Source of the DNA: Methylophaga frappieri
GTDB taxonomy: Bacteria; Pseudomonadota; Gammaproteobacteria; Nitrosococcales; Methylophagaceae
Reading direction: 5' to 3'
Length of the DNA: 32,000 bases
Assembly: GCF_000260965.1 (NCBI RefSeq)
Contig: NC_017858.1
Coordinates: 15,826 to 47,825, forward strand
In this document: one piece after another, positions 24,127 to 31,140 of the stretch
Layout of the letters: the number at the start of each line of letters is the position of its first letter
Numbering within the stretch: the stretch's first letter is position 1
Notes under the pieces: generated by a model
Databases searched by the model: none
What the model was told of the DNA's origin: nothing
The model's input: only the letters and a program-made list of their open reading frames with translations
Program-made: the position numbers and the translations under genes

Positions 24127-24851
24127 TGGCAAAAGTGCATCTTGTACTGCAAGGAAAAGGCGGCGTCGGCAAATCCATGATTTCCGCTGTTATCGCCCAA
24201 TACAAGGCAAGCAAAGGTCAATCACCTTTGTGCATCGACACCGATCCGGTGAACGCGAGCTTTGAAAGCTACAAATCCCTGAACGTCAAACACCTTAATA
24301 TCCTGCAAGACGACGAAATCAATAGCAGGACATTTGATACCCTCATTGAAATGATTGCAGCCAGCAAAGATGACGTGATCATTGATAACGGGGCCAGCTC
24401 GTTCGTCCCCTTGACACACTACCTGATCTCGAACGAGGTTCCGGCGCTCTTGCGGGATATGGGGCATGAAGTCGTCCTTCACACCGTGATCGCAGGTAGC
24501 TCGTCGCTACTGGATACGGTCAACGGGTTTTCGCAGCTTGCAAGCCAGTTCCCGGTTGAATCGCTTTTTGTTGTGTGGCTAAACCCGTTTCTCGGCCCCA
24601 TCGAACTCCAGGGCAAGAGGTTTGAGCAGATGAAAGCCTACACAAACAACAAAGAGCGAGTTACGGCCATTATCGACCTTCCGCGACTCAAGGAAGAGAC
24701 CTATGGCCGCGACTTCTCGGAAATGCTCGAAAACCGCAAGACGTTTGCCGAAGCCCTGGAAGATGAATCGCTCACCATCATGACCAGGCAGCGCCTAAAG
24801 ATCGTTCGCGGCCAAGTGTTCGGCCTGCTGGATAATGCGGCGGTGCTGTAA
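24126..24851 (+). CDS. traL: TraL, P-loop NTPase of the leader operon
   Basis: 241 aa, the size I recall for RP4 TraL. The P-loop is LQGKGGVGKSMISA. The ATG overlaps the traK stop. Confidence 0.85.
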   Translation: MAKVHLVLQGKGGVGKSMISAVIAQYKASKGQSPLCIDTDPVNASFESYKSLNVKHLNILQDDEINSRTFDTLIEMIAASKDDVIIDNGASSFVPLTHYLISNEVPALLRDMGHEVVLHTVIAGSSSLLDTVNGFSQLASQFPVESLFVVWLNPFLGPIELQGKRFEQMKAYTNNKERVTAIIDLPRLKEETYGRDFSEMLENRKTFAEALEDESLTIMTRQRLKIVRGQVFGLLDNAAVL

Positions 24852-25288
24852 TGTCCGATAAGATCGAGGAAACCATTAAGGAAATCGCGGCCAAACACGG
24901 CATAGCCGTTGGCCGTGATGATCCTATCTTGATCCTGCAAACAATCAACGACCGGCTAATGCAGGAAAGCACTGCCGCCCAGCAAGCCAACCTGGACGCC
25001 TTCAAGAGCGAGCTGGAAGAAATTGCGCATCGGTGGGGGGATGACGCAAAAAACAAGGCTGAAAGGACGCTGAACGCAGCCCTGGCGGCCAGCAAAGAGG
25101 CAATGGCGGCCACCATCAAAGAAAACGCCAAGGCCACGGCAGCAGCAGCCAGACAACAAGTGGAAGAGGCGATTGCCCAGGAACTCAAGCCGTCGATCCG
25201 TGAGGCTCGCCGGGTGTCTTACATGAACCTGGTTGCGGCTGGAATGGTCGTTTTCGCGGCGGGCCTTGCGTTATGGGCGTCATGGTAG
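24851..25288 (+). CDS. traM: TraM
   Basis: 145 aa. The ATG overlaps the traL stop (TAATG). The protein is helical with a C-terminal TM segment (LVAAGMVVFAAGLALWASW). It is the third gene of the leader operon, as in RP4. Confidence 0.75.
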   Translation: MSDKIEETIKEIAAKHGIAVGRDDPILILQTINDRLMQESTAAQQANLDAFKSELEEIAHRWGDDAKNKAERTLNAALAASKEAMAATIKENAKATAAAARQQVEEAIAQELKPSIREARRVSYMNLVAAGMVVFAAGLALWASW

Positions 25289-25315
25289 TGGTAGGGGTGA
25301 TGCGGCAAGACAAAA

Positions 25316-25334
25316 AGCCCGGCTATGCCGGGCT
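25316..25334. terminator. Hairpin terminator between convergent traM and the PRTase-domain gene
   Basis: agcccggc-tat-gccgggct has an A-run on one side and ttgctgttt on the other. Confidence 0.6.
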
Positions 25335-25341
25335 TTGCTGT

Positions 25342-26670
25342 TTACTGGGGTGGGCGATTCAACCCAAGGGATAGCCCTCTGCTCTTCTCCTGGGTTTGCT
25401 TTCGCTCCTGCTCCTGCTTCTTCATTAGCGCCTGATGCTGTCGCTCGGCCTGCTTCATCGAATCCCAATCCGCAGCCAGCTCGGGGTTTTCTGCCCGCAT
25501 CTTCCTGGTTGCCAGCTCTTCAACACGCGGCGAATGCAGCCCCATTCCCTCCTTGATCTCCCTGACCGTCTCCAAGCGAGCGTGAAGCGTCTGGAGCCTG
25601 CCTTGCTGTTGCGCCTGTGACGCCTGCCAGGCTTTACGGGTTCCGGGCATAGACAGGAAACCAGGGCGATTTGACTGCGTTTGCTGCAACCGGGCTTGCT
25701 GCCGGTTGATCAGGTTTTCTAGGCGATCCTCGATGCTTTCAACCTGGTCATGCTTGGCCTGGACATACATGGCCAGGGTTTCCTGATAGCCCTGCTCAAC
25801 GGACGCCCCTTCAATCATGACCTGCTGCTCGACCTCCAGGCCCTCAGCCGCCGAAACAAGGCTTTCTCCGGTTAGACCCGAACGCCCTGCGCTTTTTGAG
25901 CGCGGCGGCGCTTCAACTCGATTCGCGCCCAAGCGCTCGATTCCTTCATGTCGCGCCGCAGCGATTCTTTCTCGGATTGCGTCAACGCTCTTGGCTGATT
26001 TGAGGTGTCCAGCTTCACCTTGTGTGAGTTTGTCGGTTCCATAACCAAACGTCTCCTGCCAAAATTGATTCATACTCGGGCCATGCTTGTTTTCAATGGC
26101 TGACAGCATAGAAGGCTTAACCGGTAGGTTAAGCGCCCCTTCATGCGCAGTCATCACAGAAGCGGCGACCACCTTGCCGCCCCGATTCTCCACATAGCCC
26201 CGCAAAGAGGCGACCGTTCCCCCCATTGCCAAAGTGTCGTCCACAACCAGGTACTTTTGACCCGACTTAACGTCACCCTCAAACGTAGGATTGAACGCCA
26301 GGCGATGGTCAGCGCCGGTATCAGTTCGACCTACCCTGTCACTCTGGATAATGCCCAGCTCAACGTCCAGTCCCAACCTCTCCGCAAGCGCCTCGGCCAT
26401 TGCCAACGGAATTTTGTTGTTGCCAGCCGCCTCAACGGCCAAAACCGGCAACACCAGGGGCTTGCTGTCCCCTATTTGCTCCTTGATCTTCCCCACCGTT
26501 TCATCGGTGAGAAGCCTATCTACTAACTCGATGGCGGCAGGCATGTCGCCAGACTTGGCCGCCTGGTACTCGGGTTCGTTCTTCAACGCGCCCAAGCCCC
26601 CGTTTCGTATCACCTGGGGAAAGTCGCCCCAAGGGGCACGCTCCCCAATCCCTAGCTTACTCAAAGGCAC
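25342..26670 (-). CDS. Phosphoribosyltransferase-domain protein with a long Gln/Arg-rich helical C-terminal extension (kfrC position)
   Basis: The type I PRTase PRPP-binding signature KYLVVDDTLAMGGTVASL is present, preceded by LPVLAVEAAGNNKIPLAMA. The C-terminal roughly 140 aa are coiled-coil-like (NRQQARLQQTQ...QQGRLQTLHARLE...). The annotated start is GTG at 26670 with GGGAG abutting it. A TTG two codons downstream is an alternative start. Confidence 0.7.
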   Translation of the reverse strand: MPLSKLGIGERAPWGDFPQVIRNGGLGALKNEPEYQAAKSGDMPAAIELVDRLLTDETVGKIKEQIGDSKPLVLPVLAVEAAGNNKIPLAMAEALAERLGLDVELGIIQSDRVGRTDTGADHRLAFNPTFEGDVKSGQKYLVVDDTLAMGGTVASLRGYVENRGGKVVAASVMTAHEGALNLPVKPSMLSAIENKHGPSMNQFWQETFGYGTDKLTQGEAGHLKSAKSVDAIRERIAAARHEGIERLGANRVEAPPRSKSAGRSGLTGESLVSAAEGLEVEQQVMIEGASVEQGYQETLAMYVQAKHDQVESIEDRLENLINRQQARLQQTQSNRPGFLSMPGTRKAWQASQAQQQGRLQTLHARLETVREIKEGMGLHSPRVEELATRKMRAENPELAADWDSMKQAERQHQALMKKQEQERKQTQEKSRGLSLGLNRPPQ

Positions 26671-26677
26671 CTCCCGT

Positions 26678-26690
26678 TTTAGCCGCTAAA
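26678..26690. promoter_or_regulatory. KorB operator (OB), perfect, in the 21-bp gap between the KfrB-like and PRTase-domain genes
   Basis: TTTAGCCGCTAAA. Confidence 0.85.
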
Positions 26691-26691
26691 A

Positions 26692-27036
26692 CTATCGGGA
26701 GCGTCCTCTACTGAGCTTGACGGCCTGGGCGACTATCGCCTTGCCCTGAGCGTCGTAGCTAATACTTTTTGCACTCCCAATATCAGGTACTATATCGAAA
26801 TCTGACTTAGAGTGCATGACAAAGTTTTTGCCTATCTGGTGGTAAATTTTGTTGTTATCGGCATGAACAATCACGCCATCATGGCGCTGCGACTTATCGG
26901 CTTCCTTAGCCATGTAAAGGTTGTATATTCCGGGTTTTAACGCTCCCGCCTTATCAACCTTCTGATTAGCCCATGCGCCACCCTGGTCGGTCTGAACGAT
27001 CCTTTGACCGTTCATAACCAAAAGGCGTTGCTTCAT
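26692..27036 (-). CDS. KfrB-like small protein (assigned by position and size)
   Basis: 114 aa, immediately downstream of kfrA as in the IncP-1 kfrA-kfrB-kfrC operon. The pattern GIYNL...HDGVIVHADNNKIYHQIGKNFVMH suggests a beta-rich protein. The C-terminal tail is KLSRGRSR. Confidence 0.55.
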   Translation of the reverse strand: MKQRLLVMNGQRIVQTDQGGAWANQKVDKAGALKPGIYNLYMAKEADKSQRHDGVIVHADNNKIYHQIGKNFVMHSKSDFDIVPDIGSAKSISYDAQGKAIVAQAVKLSRGRSR

Positions 27037-27092
27037 TTGCGGCGCTCCTTTGTGTTTTCTCTACTGCTACAGGTTGCAAATCCCCCGCCCAC

Positions 27093-27128
27093 AAAAAAGC
27101 CGACCTCGGCAACCAAACGAGGCCGGCT
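27093..27128 (-). terminator. Hairpin plus T-run downstream of kfrA
   Basis: On the minus strand, agccggcctcg-(9 nt)-cgaggtcggct (11 bp, one mismatch) is followed by tttttt. It lies about 70 nt after the kfrA stop. Confidence 0.55.
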
Positions 27129-27196
27129 TGCGTTCGGGCCGGGAAAATCTGTCAAGGATGCCTTTAATAATACGGTAAAAAACCCGATTTATCAGT

Positions 27197-28174
27197 TTAT
27201 TTCTGCGAACCGGCGTCTTTCTCCCCGCGCGAAAGCGCAATTTCCAGCCCCTCAACACGCCCGCGCAGCGCCGCCGCTTGCTCCCTGGCCGTGCCAGCCG
27301 CCTCCAGGGCAGAATCACGCTCCTTGGCCGCCTGCTCGACCTCACCGGCCAGCACAGCAAGTTTTTCCTCGGCTTGCGCCAGTTTGTACTCCAGGGAAGA
27401 GGTTGCAGCAGTCAAACGCTCGACCTCGGACTGAGCGGCTGCCTTGGCCTCCTGAGCATTCTCCAGCGCCTTGCTGTGCTGCGCCCGCAGGGCCTCGACT
27501 TCCTTTTGGTGCTCCTTGGCCGCCTGCTTCGCTTCGCCCTGAGCCTGTGCCAGCTCGGCCTTGTGGTCCTTGGCCGCCTTCTCGGCGGCGTCCTGGACTC
27601 GATCCAGCGCCTGCCGGTTCTTGTCTGCCTCTCGGTGTGCTCGATCCAGCTCGGAACGCAAGTCGCTGGCTCGCAACTCCATTTCACTACTACGCGCCTC
27701 GGCGGTAGTGGCTCGTTCACTGGCCGTAGTCAGCTTGGCTTTCAGGTCGTCAACTTCCGCCCGCAACTCCTGGGCCACACCCTCCAGGCTCGCAACCTGG
27801 TTGCGCGAATCGTCCAGCTCTGCCGAAAGCTGGTCTGCCAGCTCGACAGCCTCCAACCGGGACGCCTCCATTTCCAACCGTGCGGCCTCCAAGCCTTCGC
27901 GCTCACTGGCAAGGCGACCGTTCGCCAGCTCCAGGGCGACGCCCCAAATCTCGGCCCCAACCTCTGACAACTTGTCCATGACGCCAGGCGGGGGCGGCTC
28001 CTGGATCGGCGTAGCATCAGCGGCCTTGGCCGCCCTCCATTCCTTCATTGCCTCGCTGATCGTGGTGTAACTGCCGCCGTCCAGCGCCTTGCGTACCGCT
28101 GCAAGGGTAGGGTTCTGACCGGCAGCGTCCAGCTCGTCGGCCACCTCGAAAATCTGCTCTTTACTGATTGCCAT
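27197..28174 (-). CDS. kfrA: KfrA (N-terminal DNA-binding domain plus long Ala/Glu/Leu coiled coil)
   Basis: The N-terminus is MAISKEQIFEVADELDAAGQNPTLAAVRKALDGGSYTTISEAMKEWR (KfrA_N type). About 250 aa of heptad-like AEL-rich sequence follow. Confidence 0.85.
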   Translation of the reverse strand: MAISKEQIFEVADELDAAGQNPTLAAVRKALDGGSYTTISEAMKEWRAAKAADATPIQEPPPPGVMDKLSEVGAEIWGVALELANGRLASEREGLEAARLEMEASRLEAVELADQLSAELDDSRNQVASLEGVAQELRAEVDDLKAKLTTASERATTAEARSSEMELRASDLRSELDRAHREADKNRQALDRVQDAAEKAAKDHKAELAQAQGEAKQAAKEHQKEVEALRAQHSKALENAQEAKAAAQSEVERLTAATSSLEYKLAQAEEKLAVLAGEVEQAAKERDSALEAAGTAREQAAALRGRVEGLEIALSRGEKDAGSQK

Positions 28175-28187
28175 AATGCTTGCCCTC

Positions 28188-28228
28188 TGTAGTATGTTGT
28201 ATTGTGTATTATACTACAACATACTACA
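28188..28228. promoter_or_regulatory. kfrA promoter region with a 14-bp perfect inverted repeat (candidate KfrA operator)
   Basis: tgtagtatgttgta (28188-28201) and tacaacatactaca (28215-28228) are separated by a 13-bp spacer. On the minus strand the spacer contains TATAAT. TTGCTT-17 nt-TAGTAT is also readable. An AGAGGG RBS precedes the ATG at 28174. Confidence 0.6.
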
Positions 28229-28258
28229 AATCTAAGCAAGGCCATATTTCAACCAGGC

Positions 28259-28284
28259 AAAAAAAAGCCCCGCAAAGGCGGGGC
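28259..28284 (-). terminator. Rho-independent terminator upstream of the kfrA promoter
   Basis: On the minus strand, gccccgc-cttt-gcggggc is followed by eight T. Confidence 0.75.
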
Positions 28285-28317
28285 AGGGTGGGTGTGGTTC
28301 GTGGCCGTATCGCGCTG

Positions 28318-28461
28318 TCACGCGGCAGCTTCGGCCCTTTGCAAGTGATCGAGGACGTGGGCCAGGTCGGCCATTGTCATCAAGGGAAGGGTGAATGATT
28401 TCTTCTGCTCCAGGGCGGCGCGAATCCGCCCTGCAATCATGATACAATCGCTGCTACTCAT
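28318..28461 (-). CDS. Possible 47-aa ORF between korB and kfrA
   Basis: It is not in the ORF track because it is under 60 aa. The ATG at 28461 is preceded by GAGAGGTGA. The product is MSSSDCIMIAGRIRAALEQKKSFTLPLMTMADLAHVLDHLQRAEAAA*. It is followed by the terminator at 28259-28284 and occupies the korF/korG position of RK2. Confidence 0.35.
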   Translation of the reverse strand: MSSSDCIMIAGRIRAALEQKKSFTLPLMTMADLAHVLDHLQRAEAAA

Positions 28462-28541
28462 CGCTAGTCACCTCTCAACTGGTTAGCGTGGGTTCCGCCC
28501 TGGATACGGTGGCCGCCGTGCCCAGGGCTTTCTTTTTGGCG

Positions 28542-29564
28542 TTAAGCCCCGTCCATCACAGCCATCAGCTCGACCGTGCCCAGGTCCGCTTCAAACTCGT
28601 GCCCGTCGTCCTCGTATTTGATCCAGGCCCAGCCATCAGCAGAAGGGCGGCGGTTTAGCATCAAGCGGCCCATACGTTCGTCGTGCTTGACCATGACAAT
28701 CGCCTTTTTCAGCTTGTCCGGGTCTTGTTCCTTCGGCTCCTTCTTCGGCGGGGTGTCGGCCCCTTCCTCTTCCTGGTCGTTGTCGTCTTCGGCATCGGTT
28801 TGGCCGGTGAAAGCATCAACCGTGTTCGGGTCGCGTTCCTCGTCCTCATGCTTGCGCTTGTCGTCCAGGTACTCGCGCAGCAGCTTCACCGATCCGCGTG
28901 TTAGCTCCTGGTCGTCATCGCTCAACCAAGCAACAACCTCGTCCGGGTTCTTCTTGTGCGCCTTCACCAGCTCGTTAATCACGGTCACGTCATTGACGCG
29001 GCCAGAATTGAAAGCTTCGGCAAGCGGCTCCGGCAGGTCCAGCAAGGTGACGTGCTGACTCACAAATGCAGCGGATTTGCCGATAGCTGACGCAATTTCA
29101 CCCTTCTTGACGCCCTTTGCCAGCTCGCGGCCAATGTAATCGGCTATCTCGCGGGCGGTCAGCTCATTGCGTTGCAGGTTCTCAATAACCTGGTCCGCTT
29201 CGTTGTAGTCGTTGTCGATAAACGCCGGGATAGTCTCTTTCTCAGCGATTCGACTGCCACGGTAGCGACGGGCACCGTGGTTGATGATGAAGCGCCCCGG
29301 CTCGTCCTGGTTCTCACGCACCGAAATCGGCGTTTTAACGCCTCGATGCCGGATGGTGGCGGCCAGCTCTTCCAGGCTCGCTTTTGAAAAGCCCGGATTG
29401 TCCTCTGTGCGCGGCTGGTTTGGATCTTCATCTATCAGGTCCAGGGCCAGCTCCAAGGGGCCAGCGCCACCCTTGGTGCCTTCGGGGGCGTTTAGAAGGC
29501 CAGACAGGTCGCCAATGCCCTCCAGTCCCAGCCCCTCCATTTTCTGTTCTTTTTGCGCGCTCAT
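28542..29564 (-). CDS. korB: KorB (ParB-family global repressor / partition protein)
   Basis: 340 aa. It contains LIDEDPNQPRTEDNPGF, the ParB box FIINHGARRYRGS, and the HTH GEIASAIGKSAAFVSQH. The start overlaps the incC stop (ATGA at 29561-29564). Confidence 0.9.
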   Translation of the reverse strand: MSAQKEQKMEGLGLEGIGDLSGLLNAPEGTKGGAGPLELALDLIDEDPNQPRTEDNPGFSKASLEELAATIRHRGVKTPISVRENQDEPGRFIINHGARRYRGSRIAEKETIPAFIDNDYNEADQVIENLQRNELTAREIADYIGRELAKGVKKGEIASAIGKSAAFVSQHVTLLDLPEPLAEAFNSGRVNDVTVINELVKAHKKNPDEVVAWLSDDDQELTRGSVKLLREYLDDKRKHEDEERDPNTVDAFTGQTDAEDDNDQEEEGADTPPKKEPKEQDPDKLKKAIVMVKHDERMGRLMLNRRPSADGWAWIKYEDDGHEFEADLGTVELMAVMDGA

Positions 29565-30319
29565 GCGGTGATCTCCATTTTTGTAAACACAAGGTCAGCC
29601 AGGGCACGAACTTCTTTCGCGGCTTTTCTGGCAGCCGTTTTTTTGATTCTCCAGACCGGCACCCCGGAAGCGAGTGCGTCCGCAATGCTGCTACGCAGGC
29701 CGATTGAAGCCGGAATGATAAGCTGCGGATATGCCTTCTGGAGTTGTTCCAGGTGGCGACCGTGCCGGGGGTTTCGTCCGTCTACCTTGCTCGGCACCAT
29801 GCCCAAGAATTGCAGCTTAGGGTTAGCCTTACGCACGTTCGTAATGGCCGCGTTCATCTTCTTGATGCCCTGAATTGAGTAGGCTTCCAGCTCGATAGGG
29901 GACAGGACATAATCCGCCGCTATCAATGCGGCGGCCATACTGACGCCAAGGGAAGGGGCCGTGTCGATCAGGCACACGTCAAAGCCTTGCTCTGCCAGGC
30001 TGGCAATACCTGCCCTGAAATGCTCACCCGCACGGCTCAGGGACATGGTTTCCATGTTTGCCAGGGCGGCGTCAGACTCGATAAGAGCCATGCCAGGCGC
30101 GTCCTCTCCGTTCACAACATCGAACGGGCCGCCATTGAAAAAATTGCTTGCTACAACACCTGTGCGGAACTCTTGGAGCGTATAAGAGGCGTTGCCCTGG
30201 GTATCCAGGTCGATCACGGCAACCTTTTTGCCGCGTTCGTAGAAGTCAAACGCCAGATGCACCAAGGTTGATGTTTTGCCGACGCCGCCTTTTTGGTTTG
30301 CCGTGACCAGTGTTTTCAT
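29561..30319 (-). CDS. incC: IncC short form (IncC2) from an internal start
   Basis: ATG 30317-30319 gives MKTLVTANQKGGVGKTST. This ATG shares its A with the korA stop (TAATG), the arrangement known for RK2. Confidence 0.8.
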   Translation of the reverse strand: MKTLVTANQKGGVGKTSTLVHLAFDFYERGKKVAVIDLDTQGNASYTLQEFRTGVVASNFFNGGPFDVVNGEDAPGMALIESDAALANMETMSLSRAGEHFRAGIASLAEQGFDVCLIDTAPSLGVSMAAALIAADYVLSPIELEAYSIQGIKKMNAAITNVRKANPKLQFLGMVPSKVDGRNPRHGRHLEQLQKAYPQLIIPASIGLRSSIADALASGVPVWRIKKTAARKAAKEVRALADLVFTKMEITA

Positions 30320-30628
30320 TACGTGTCCCTTTTCTTCTTGGCGTCCTCCGCCCATTTCTTGACGATAAACGCTTGATGTTCCGGCAGTATTGCCGTGACT
30401 CGCTCGAACCCCTCCGGCGTCAGCGCCTTGTGAGCGTCCCAAACTCTCTTGACGGCCTGATTGACCGCCCCTTTTGTCACTCCCAATAACGCCACAAACT
30501 CGGCTTGAGTTTTCCCCTCCACCAATACGCCATGCGCTATTTCGAGCGTTTGTTGCCCGACTCCCAAGCCCTTGATTGCAGCTTGAAATTGAGACTCCGT
30601 TAGTTGTTTCTTCATGGATTGCACCCAT
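29561..30628 (-). CDS. incC: IncC long form (IncC1; ParA-family partition ATPase with an N-terminal extension)
   Basis: 355-aa ORF. The Walker A motif is ANQKGGVGKTS. The first 103 codons are read in a different frame across the whole of korA. The exact IncC1 start (ATG 30628) was not verified. Confidence 0.7.
   Translation of the reverse strand: MGAIHEETTNGVSISSCNQGLGSRATNARNSAWRIGGGENSSRVCGVIGSDKRGGQSGRQESLGRSQGADAGGVRASHGNTAGTSSVYRQEMGGGRQEEKGHVMKTLVTANQKGGVGKTSTLVHLAFDFYERGKKVAVIDLDTQGNASYTLQEFRTGVVASNFFNGGPFDVVNGEDAPGMALIESDAALANMETMSLSRAGEHFRAGIASLAEQGFDVCLIDTAPSLGVSMAAALIAADYVLSPIELEAYSIQGIKKMNAAITNVRKANPKLQFLGMVPSKVDGRNPRHGRHLEQLQKAYPQLIIPASIGLRSSIADALASGVPVWRIKKTAARKAAKEVRALADLVFTKMEITA
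30319..30615 (-). CDS. korA: KorA global repressor
   Basis: I prefer the ATG at 30615. MKKQLTESQFQAAIKGLGVGQQTLEIAHGVLV.GK.QA.F...LG.T.GAV.QAV.RVW...LPEHQA.IVKKWE.DAKKK matches my recollection of RK2 KorA. The gene is nested in the incC 5' region. Confidence 0.85.
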   Translation of the reverse strand: MKKQLTESQFQAAIKGLGVGQQTLEIAHGVLVEGKTQAEFVALLGVTKGAVNQAVKRVWDAHKALTPEGFERVTAILPEHQAFIVKKWAEDAKKKRDT

Positions 30629-30635
30629 ACCAACC

Positions 30636-30671
30636 CCACACCCTAGTTGTTGATTGAATGGCGGTGACAGC
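30636..30671. repeat. Bipartite motif, copy 1 (CCACACCCTAG-N17-GTGACAGC) in the korA/incC leader
   Basis: ccacaccctag is at 30636-30646 and gtgacagc at 30664-30671. The same two blocks with the same 17-nt spacing recur at 31141-31176. Confidence 0.6.
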
Positions 30672-30687
30672 CGCCGAACACAACAAA

Positions 30688-30716
30688 AGTATAGCTATAC
30701 TTTCAGTACGGGTCAA
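30688..30716 (-). promoter_or_regulatory. korA/incC promoter with a KorA-operator-like palindrome over the -10
   Basis: On the minus strand the promoter reads TTGACC (30711-30716), 17 nt, TATACT (30688-30693). The palindrome GTATAGCTATAC (30689-30700) resembles the RK2 OA GTTTAGCTAAAC and overlaps the -10. Confidence 0.7.
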
Positions 30717-30719
30717 CAC

Positions 30720-30732
30720 TTTAGCGGCTAAA
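30720..30732. promoter_or_regulatory. KorB operator (OB), perfect, 3 bp upstream of the korA -35
   Basis: TTTAGCGGCTAAA. It has the same promoter-proximal placement as OB1 of RK2 korAp. Confidence 0.9.
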
Positions 30733-30733
30733 A

Positions 30734-31084
30734 TTAAACGCCTTTGGGTTTGTAGACAGAAACAAAGTAAGTGAGCAGGGTCAGCACGGCGAAATGGGCC
30801 AGGAAGGTCCAGCCTGCATGTACCGCTGGATCATTCCAGTAGTACACGGCACGGATACCCTGAAAGAAAACGTCGATAGAGATAACCCACTTCAGCAGCG
30901 GCCACACCAGGACAACCGCAATCCATACCCAACGCAGAATAGCCGCCAGAACACCCCCGCCTTTCGTCGGATCGCTCTGCGGCTTACGCGGCTGCTGGCT
31001 GGCCTGCGCTTTCGGTTGCGGGTCCGGTGGCCCTGAATCAGTAGGGCCAGCTTTCGGAAACTTGATAATGTTTGACTTTGACAT
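30734..31084 (-). CDS. Small membrane protein (kle-region; KleE-like by position)
   Basis: 116 aa. It has a Pro/Gln-rich N-terminus followed by three hydrophobic segments (VLAAILRWVWIAVVLVWPLL, ..., WTFLAHFAVLTLLTYFV). The family name is a guess from synteny only. Confidence 0.5.
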   Translation of the reverse strand: MSKSNIIKFPKAGPTDSGPPDPQPKAQASQQPRKPQSDPTKGGGVLAAILRWVWIAVVLVWPLLKWVISIDVFFQGIRAVYYWNDPAVHAGWTFLAHFAVLTLLTYFVSVYKPKGV

Positions 31085-31140
31085 ATTCTTGACCCTCCAC
31101 GCCTTCCGTGCTCCAATTATCTATTGCTCTTCAAATAGGG

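Noticed and set aside
27278-27967. 229-aa plus-strand ORF, and other ORFs at 27412-28070, overlapping kfrA
   Set aside because: The kfrA coiled-coil region is built from GCN/GAG/CTG-type codons that stay open in several frames. The products are Leu/Gly/Arg-rich nonsense, and KfrA has a diagnostic N-terminal domain.
28232-28447. 71-aa track ORF between korB and kfrA
   Set aside because: It has Arg/Pro/Gly-rich wrong-frame-like composition and runs through the terminator hairpin at 28259-28284. A different frame (28318-28461) has an RBS and stops before the terminator.
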